A DNA stretch of 64,000 bases from NCBI RefSeq assembly GCF_026571515.1, contig NW_026864815.1, forward strand, positions 1-64,000, written 5' to 3'. Origin of the DNA: Ruditapes philippinarum (taxonomy: Eukaryota). A program made the translations under genes and the position numbers. Positions 53,401 through 62,400 of this stretch are shown here, one piece after another; the first letter of the stretch is position 1; every line of letters begins with the position of its first letter. The notes below the pieces were generated by a model. The model was not told the origin of the DNA, did no database searches, and was given only the letters and a program-made list of their open reading frames with translations.

Positions 53401-56400
53401 TCTTTGGGATTTAATATTTCGGCAAGATTGATTTCACTTTAATGTTTCGAAAGAGCGAAAAAGAGGGAAAATCATGAAACTTATTCACACATTTGTGATC
53501 AGCAATAAGTTGCGGCAGAAATGTTATTCATTGCGTAATCACAATATCTTGCGCGTTTTTTGACGCTTGAAATTTAAATTGAATGCATAAACCTGTGATT
53601 TTCATGCAAAATTTACACATAAATGTATATGCATTTTATCTGGAGCCCTGTGCATGAGAATTGAGAACTAAAGAAAACCGTTAGGCTTTAGTTTGTCACT
53701 TTGTACTAATGGATTGGTATTTTATATACTTCAGGTGACAGCAGGTCTAGCTAGCACATATATAGATGGACAGACAGGTGATGACTATGGGGACTTCCCA
53801 CCTCCACCTCCAGAACTCTTACAGCAACAGTATCTGTATGGTGCTGCCCCGCAGCAAGGTGTGTACACTAATGTAGCACCAGGGGTCAAAGGTCAAGGAA
53901 CAGTTGCATATCATCCAGGCAAAGGAACTACTGATGTTCCGAAAGCACAACAGGGCAAGGTGTCAAATATTCCAGTCAGTACAATACCCATACAGGTGGA
54001 GAAAAGGTAAGACACTTACAGGCCCTTAAAGCCTTATTTTTATTTCTCAAAAACTCTTTATTTTTGGTATCTTGTTACAGTTTCCAAAAAATAGTCATTT
54101 GCCATATAAATGAATTATCTTTGCTGCTTTTGCTTTGTTGGCAATTTATATAATTATAGTGAATAAGTATTTTGCATGGAAGTCAAAATACTACCTTGTT
54201 TACATTTTGCTAACTTAACGACACATAACTGCACATTCAGTGCTTCTGTCTAACATCAAACACGCCCTAAATCCATTATTAAAACATTATTAAACACATG
54301 TTTGACATTTCTCAAGGACTCAAGGATTTTAGTAAATATGGATTTCTGAGGCATAATGTGCCTTTAATCATGATAGATTTTATATAAATTACAAGAATTG
54401 ATTTGTGAAATACTTTGAATTTGGTACAGTCCATTCATTATTGTTAGATTGAGGAATTTGATTATTTCAATAACAAAATTATAAAATGTGTCAGTAGAAT
54501 AATGGCAAAGCTTTTACAGAGATTGATAAATAACTTATTTTGAATTTTTACATTTTCAAGTATATCAAGTGAAATCAAGGTTGAAGATATTGAACAATGT
54601 TATCATAGAATTATCATATCATAATTATTACATGAAACATACCCAGAAAACCATTTTTGAGCTACTTGGACAACTTGATTAAGAATATAATATTGGCATA
54701 CTCTTGTAATCATCGTTCAGCCTGACTTTGTTGAGTATGTTTATGAATCTAGTGTTGTTTTGATAAGTTCAGTGCAGAGAAATACATTGTTATGGTTGAA
54801 TTGAGCATGCTAGAGGCATATATATCCCATGACTTTGTCAAAATGAATAATATACCATTTACTGTAATACTAGCACAGTAACTGTGAATATTAGTTAAGT
54901 GGCTGGCCCTTGTTTTACATTAGAAGTACATATCCTATGACCAACAAACAAAACATGGTATATGTGTATTTTTTTACAGAAATGTAGGTCAAGAACCTCC
55001 TGCTCCACCTGCCTCCTTCAAATTGTTACCTGTTAAAACCGAGAAAGATGCTGGTCCCCCTCCCCAGCCACAGACAGCAACAACACGCCAGAAACCATCA
55101 CTAGAGACTATTGATAGACAGGTTCTTCATACAGTGGATGACCATGCCATACAGGTATTTATTATTCTTTGTAAACAGCCCATATTTTACAACTATATTT
55201 AATTTGAAGTGATAAAATCTTGTGCAACTTAAGATTTAGTGTTAGATAAATTGACAATCATCTATGTATAATTTTAATTTATACCATCAACTTTATTTGA
55301 ATTTGTAACTTGTTTATTCTATTGAACATTAGGTGTGTAGGGATCTGTACGATTGCACGTTTATAGGTCTATTAAAACCAAACACTTAGTACTTTTAATT
55401 TTTTTGTGCAAAGATGAAGTAATATTAGATTTGTTTTGTAATCATATTTCTACTGAAGTGTTATTTGACCATTACAGGCAATTTTATTTGACCGCCATGG
55501 AGATTTTTATGCAGCCTGAAAAATCTAAATTAAATCTAAAGTAATGTCTAGGTCGTGTGGCTGCAAAATTGATTTTTTTATGATTTCCTTTATATTAGCA
55601 TAATGTTAGGTTTAAAAATGGATAAGATAAAAATGTGTATTTTGTAATTAACAGGTATCCAAGAGTGACCACAGTAGTGTCCGAGACCTGGTGTGGGATC
55701 TTATATTCTCAAAGAACATTACAAATGAAATTGAGAAATGCAGGTAGGCAATTCACAACAGTTTCCGTTTTTCATGAAAAGACATTTGAGCTGTGCCATG
55801 ACAAAACCAACATAATGGGTTTGCGACCAGCATGGATCCAGACCAGCCTGCGCATCCGCGCAGTCTGATCAGGATCCATGCTGTTTGCTTACTATCCCTA
55901 TTACAAGTAGAGAAACTGATAACGAACAGCATGGATCCTGATCAGACTGCGCGGATGCGCAGGCTGGTCTGGATCCATGCTGGTCGCAAACGCACTATGT
56001 TGGTTTTGTCGTGACACGGCTCATTTGTTCTCTTGCAAGGGAGTTACATGTTTTGAAAGTAGAATGGTCATCTGTCTACTCATGGAACTCATTGATTAGT
56101 CGATTATATATCTGTTTACAGAATAAACCAATCAGACAATGTTAAATTCTGACTTGTTTTATGACCAGAATATTTATTTTATGTACCAAAATTAATCATT
56201 TATCTGAGCTTTCAGTTACAAAAATTGTCCAAAAATTAGTGAAAAAAAAGGAACAGTTTATCAATTTTATATTGAACTACAAACAATACTCTTTATATAA
56301 TTGTATATGGCCTATTTTTAAAAACGGGGTAAACACCCAAAAATCTTGTCACATTCCATGACCTGACCATAACCTCAATATTTCAAGTGCTTTGTCAATA

Positions 56401-59400
56401 TTTTAAGAGTATAAAAAAGTGTTTATATTAGATTTGTGCCTTTTAAATATTTTTTGATAGCATTTGAAAGTTGAGAGCAAATATTTTGTCAAAAGTATTA
56501 GAGGTTTTATGATTGTTTTATGTTGATGTAGCAGATTAAAGTTTGAATGTTAAGATGGTTAAGGAGAAAGTTATAGTTCCTGCTAGGTCTATTAAATAAC
56601 AACCAACAAAGGTCTGTTGAATAACAACCTATAAATGTATAGCCAAATAATGCAGTAAACTATTGAACATAGTAAAAAGGAAGAAAAATGAAAAGTGAAA
56701 TTTCTTTGATGGAGCCTTTTGCTTGTGAAATGGTAATTGTCTTTTTTTTTTTTTCTGACTCTGAATTTGAAAAAGTCATTCTATGGAGACTACTTAGAAT
56801 TGGGCTATTCTATTTTCTCAGGGTCAATGTTTGGTGACTTTTTTTGCATGCAGCTTAATACCTCATTAATCAAAGAAGGTACATTGTGTCACAGGTCTTT
56901 AGATCATGATTTTGGTCTCTGTTCAAAATGCATAAATCTGTAAAATTTCAAGTTTTAAACAACAGAATCAATTACTTTATGTAGTAATTAACAGTCACAA
57001 TTAGGAGAACTGCACTGAAACTATTTATATCTTGTTGTTTTTTGCAGCTACCTATTTTGAGTTTTTGTAATTAAAAAAAAACAACAACAAAAAACCCAGA
57101 TCTAATGGTGAACATGTTACAGTAAAGAACTTGGATCAGACTGAAACAGATTTATGTTATTACTGTTGGGAAGGGCTTAATCTAATGTTGCTAGAACTTG
57201 TTGCCCAGTCCATTTACTTTTTATGCCCCCGCCATGTAATGGCCGGGGCATATAGTGTTACCCTGTTCCGTCATTCCTTCCTTCCATCCTTCCGTCATTC
57301 TGTCATTCCGTCATCATCAGTTTCCGTTCATTATCTTAAGAACGGTTGCACACATTCAACTCAAATTTGACATATGGATATGTCATGAGAAAATACAGGT
57401 CAAGTTCGAATTTGGTCATGGTTCGATGATTTTTGGCAGAGTTATGCCCCTTTTACTTTGAAAATAATATGAAATTTCAGTTTCCGTTCATTATCTCCCC
57501 AACAGTACAACACATTCAATTCAAACTTGACATATGGATATGTCATGAGAAAATACAGGTCAAGTTCGAATTTGGTCATGGTTCGATGATTTTTGGCAGA
57601 GTTATGCCCCTTTTACTTTGAAAATAATATGAAATTTTCAGTTTCCGTTCATTATCTCCCCAACGGTACAACACATTCAACTCAAACTTGACATATGTAT
57701 GCGTCAAAGGAATGCGCAGGTCAAATTCAAATTTGGTCATGGTTCAATGATTTTTGGCAGAGTTATGCCCCTTTCACTTTGAAAGTAATTTGAAATTTTC
57801 AGTTTCTGTTTATTATCTCCCCAATGGTACAACACATTCAACTCAAACTTGACATATGTATGCGTCAAAGGAATGCGCAGGTCAAGTTCAAATTTGGTCA
57901 TGGTTCGATGATTTTTGGCAGAGTTATGCCCCTTTTACTTTGAAAATAATATGAAATTTTCAGTTTCCGTTCATTATCTCCCCAACGGTACAACACATTC
58001 AACTCAAACTTGACATATGTATGCGTCAAAGGAATGCCCAGGCCAAGTTCGAATTTGGTCATGGTTCAATGATTTTTGGCAGAGTAATGCCCCTTTCACT
58101 TTGAAAATAATATGAAATTTACAGTTTCTGTTCATTATCTACCCAACAGTGTTACATATTCAACTTAAATTTGACATATGGATATGTCAAAGGAATGGGC
58201 AGGTCAAGTTGGAAATTGGTCATGGTTTGATGATTTTTTGGCAGAGTTATGTCCCTTTCACTTTGAAAATAATATAGATACGTCTTAGGAATAAGCAGTT
58301 TAAGTTTGAATTTGGTCGTGGTTCAATGCTTTTAGACAAACTTATCTTTCCTGAATGTTGGAAAAATTTTGAACTTTCAGTTTCAGCACTCATACTTTTA
58401 GCCATTATTTTGGCTACAAATATGCAATATTCTTTTTTTAAAAGGTTAAGACTGAATAATTTCAGTGCCTTGAACATGGTATGAAAATGGTTTGTGTTAA
58501 CATTGAAAAGTTTTAAGGGCTTTGAACATAAAATGAAAAAAATAATTAATGCACCATCTGAAATTTTGGCTGCATGCGGGGGCATCCGTGGCATGATGAC
58601 ACATTTCTAGTTGTTATAATATTTGTCATTTGTATAATAAATATTTTACGTGTAAGTACTGCAATAAATAGGTTCAAACTAAGTGAATATTGATACCTGT
58701 TTTCAGAGTAATATTCCGTTGGTTAGCCACCAAAAACCTGAAGGAGATGTCATTTGACAATGTACAACCAGGCAGTCCAGAGGAGGTGCTTATGGGTTTG
58801 AAAACTGGCAGAACTACATATGCTATGGTGTTTGACATGATGTGCAAGTTAGTACAGTACCTCGTTCTTTTAGCTGATTTTGTACAATGACTTGCCCAAC
58901 AGTCAACTATTACATTAAAATGAGCCACGCTATGACAAAACCAACATATTATGTTTGCGACCAGCATGGATCCAGATCAGCCAACGCATCCGCGCAGACT
59001 GATCAGGATCCATGCTGTTCGCTTACAAACCCTATAACAAGTAGAGAAACTGATACCGAACAGCATGGATCCTGATCAGACTGCGCGGATGCGCAGGCTG
59101 GTCTGGATCCATGCTGGTCGCAAATCCATTATATTGGTTTTGTCATGGCGCGGCTCAAATATTAAAGTATGAAAATTCCACAATTAAAAGTGCTGACTGG
59201 TCTGGCAATAGACTGGTTTTCATCATCTGTTATGAAATTTTAGATTAGCTGTTGAAATAAAACAAATTTTGAGTCTTTAATAACTTTTCTTTATATGTCT
59301 TGTATATTTTTGCTTGACCTTTGTGTAATGTCATAACCATATTAACTATACAAATGTTTTCAATACTTGTCTTTTATTGATATAGTTATATTGTTGTTTG

Positions 59401-62400
59401 AATACTCTACTTTACATGTGTTGTAGTTTTGCAAAAAAATTTGTAATGTTATAAAAATAATGGATGTCTCTCAGGGTAATAGTGCATATAAGCAACCCAA
59501 CCTGAGAACTGAAATAACACCCAAGGCTCTATAGTAAAAAGTTTACTTGAGGTATAAAAATATTGATTTCTTACAGTAATGCTGGTCTACACTCTAAGAT
59601 CATTAGTGGATATGCTAAGGGAGCCGACTACAGACCAGGCCAGAAGTTTCAACCAGGCTCAAATCAGCACTCATGGAATGCTGTGTACATCTACGGTACC
59701 TGGTGTCTGATAGATGCTCACTGGGCGGCACGAAGAATCATTGGGAAACAGGCAACCACAGAAGAGTTTCACTACCAGCTTGATGAATATTTCTTCCTGA
59801 CTGAACCAGCACAACTTATCTTCACGCATTTCCCTGATGATCCTAAATGGCAGCTTCTAGAGAGACAGGTAATTATTATTGTGTTAGCGACTTGTGTATG
59901 TGCTTACATATTAAATGCTGTAATAATTACTCTTTTTATGTGATGTATTTACATAAGGTTATACACTTGCATTAGTCTGGCACTTTTTCAGCTAGTTTAC
60001 TGAGGTTTGTCCTTGTTAATGTCAGGTCTTCCTTCGCCAGTAATGTTGGGATTTTACCATATGACTTCAGCAGTCTAGTTTTGACTAAATAAACAAGTCT
60101 AACCATGAGGTGACAATACATAGCACTTAATTCATTTGTCAAATATTTTTTTGCTTTGACAATTTTCATTATTTTATACCTTCATAGACAAATATAGACA
60201 AGTGATGATGTTCCTATAACCTGGCAATGTTACGTATGATAAAGAATGTCAATGAATTGAAAGAAAGAATCTTTGTTTAGACTTGAATAATAACTATTTT
60301 CATGTTTCCTAGGTAACGCTAGAGGAGTTTGAGAACATGCCTCATATGAAACCACAGTTCTTCAAATATGGTCTAGAGTTTGTCAGTCATAGAACAGCAG
60401 TTGTGTACGGGCGTGGTGAGATCAACATACGTCTACGTTATCCTGCACACAGACTGGTCGTAGCATTTAACTTTACCATACAGGTGAGCAACATCAAATG
60501 AGCCGCGCCATGACAAAACCCAACATAATGCGTTTGCCACCAGCTTGGATCCAGACCAGCCTGCGCATCCGCGCAGTCTGGTCAGGATCCATGCTGTTTG
60601 CTTACCAACCCTATTACAAGTAGAGAAACTGATAGTGAACAGCATGGATCCTGATCAGACTGTGCTGGTCGCAAACGCACTTAGTTGGTTTTGTCATGAC
60701 GCGGATCAAATTACTCTCGAGTTTTAACCTGTAACCTATAACTTAACAATAAAGCTCAATTGGTATTGGTGTCACATTTATTAAAGTCTTTATCTGCAAT
60801 ATGAAGATGAGCAAGATTTGATAGGCTGGAAGTAGGTATGAAAGTGAAAATAACTGGCTGTTTTTTGTTTTGTTTTTTTCCTGTCACCTTAAACTTTGCC
60901 TTCTAGTAAAATAGATTTATATCAACCTGGTTATAGTATGTGTGAATTCTTAAAGTTTTATCAAATTGGAGGTGGTGACACTTTCATTTGTGATAATTTC
61001 AATGATATGAAGCGTGTAAAACTGGAAAGCCAGTATGTGATATATACATTAAAATTTCAAAAAAGAAACCATTTAAGACTCATATGCAAAAAAATGAATG
61101 TTTTCATTGAATATACATACATTGTAGGTAAAATGGTTCTGATAAATTAAACATGAAATATCAATGTCGTTCTATTAAAGATATTTATGGTAGCCTATAC
61201 CAGAGTAAAACTTCTTTTATAATATGATATTTTTAACAATTTACATCTGGGTAAGAATAATTTAAATTAGCATTATAATGATAGTCACTGTGGTCAATTA
61301 ATTATTCATTCTAACTTTAAATTTCTTCTTTCTCACCAGAAACTTTGAATTCTTTCATTTGAGAGCCCTGTAAAATACATTGAACTTTATTTTCGATAAA
61401 TGAAGCTTTCAACTTGGCTTAATACTTCCACTATCGATAAATGAAGCTTTCAACTTGGCTTAATACTTCCACTAGAATAGCTGAACAGTTGTTATATGAC
61501 TTGAAGAATGTATTTGTGCAACATGAAACCCAATCATAATTATATGTGACTGGTTTTGTTTTCATTATAACAGATGGAAAATGGAGATGAGGAATACCGT
61601 GGTACAAAGTTGAACAGATACGGTATGCAGGAAAGTGTAGCAGGTGTGGCTTCATTCAGACTCCGCCTTCCACAAAAAGGCGCATACATCTTGTATATCT
61701 ATGCTAAAGAAGACACACCAGAAAACAAGGACAATGTTTATGCCCAGGTAAATATGATGTTTTTGAAAACAAAATATTTTTATATGAGAATAGCAAAGAG
61801 ACAGATAATTTGTGAAAGTTAACAAAAATAGCTATACACATAGACAAATGATGTACATGTATTATGAAATTCTTAGGATTTTAAATTATCAGAAGGGGTT
61901 TTTTTTGTGTTGCCTGCTACAGAGTAGTGTCAACATATGGGGATCACTTCTCTGTCCATCTGTACGTCTATAACAAAATTTGTCCAGACTACTCCTGAAA
62001 AACTTCTTTTGCAGTTTCATCCAAACTTTATAGGAATAATGCCTGTACCAAGTCTTGTGCATATTGTCATTATTTTACAGTTTAATGATTTTTGTCAGAG
62101 TTATGGCCCTTTAATGATTTTGATTTTTAAAGTTTTTCCTGACTTCATCTCTTATACCACTGATTAAATTTGAATGAAACTTTACAGCATTGATTGGTAC
62201 CTCAAGTACTTGTGCATATTGCATGGGTTTTCCAGTTAAATGAATTTTTGCAATGTTTGCCCTTGAATAAAAAAAAAGCGGTTGAGCCAGTAAGTAATTT
62301 ATGCATCTCTTGCTACACAGTACCTGATTGCAACAAGCTACAAAGTAGCAGTATCATACAGGGAACAAACTGGTCAATAACCCCCTTAATACAACTGTAT

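Noticed and set aside
55832-56014. Recurring small ORFs (MDPDQPAHPRSLIRIHAV..., ...WILIRLRGCAGWSGSMLVAN...) suggesting a peptide family
   Set aside because: All are translations of the fold-back MITE; they are open in different frames and strands and broken by indels.
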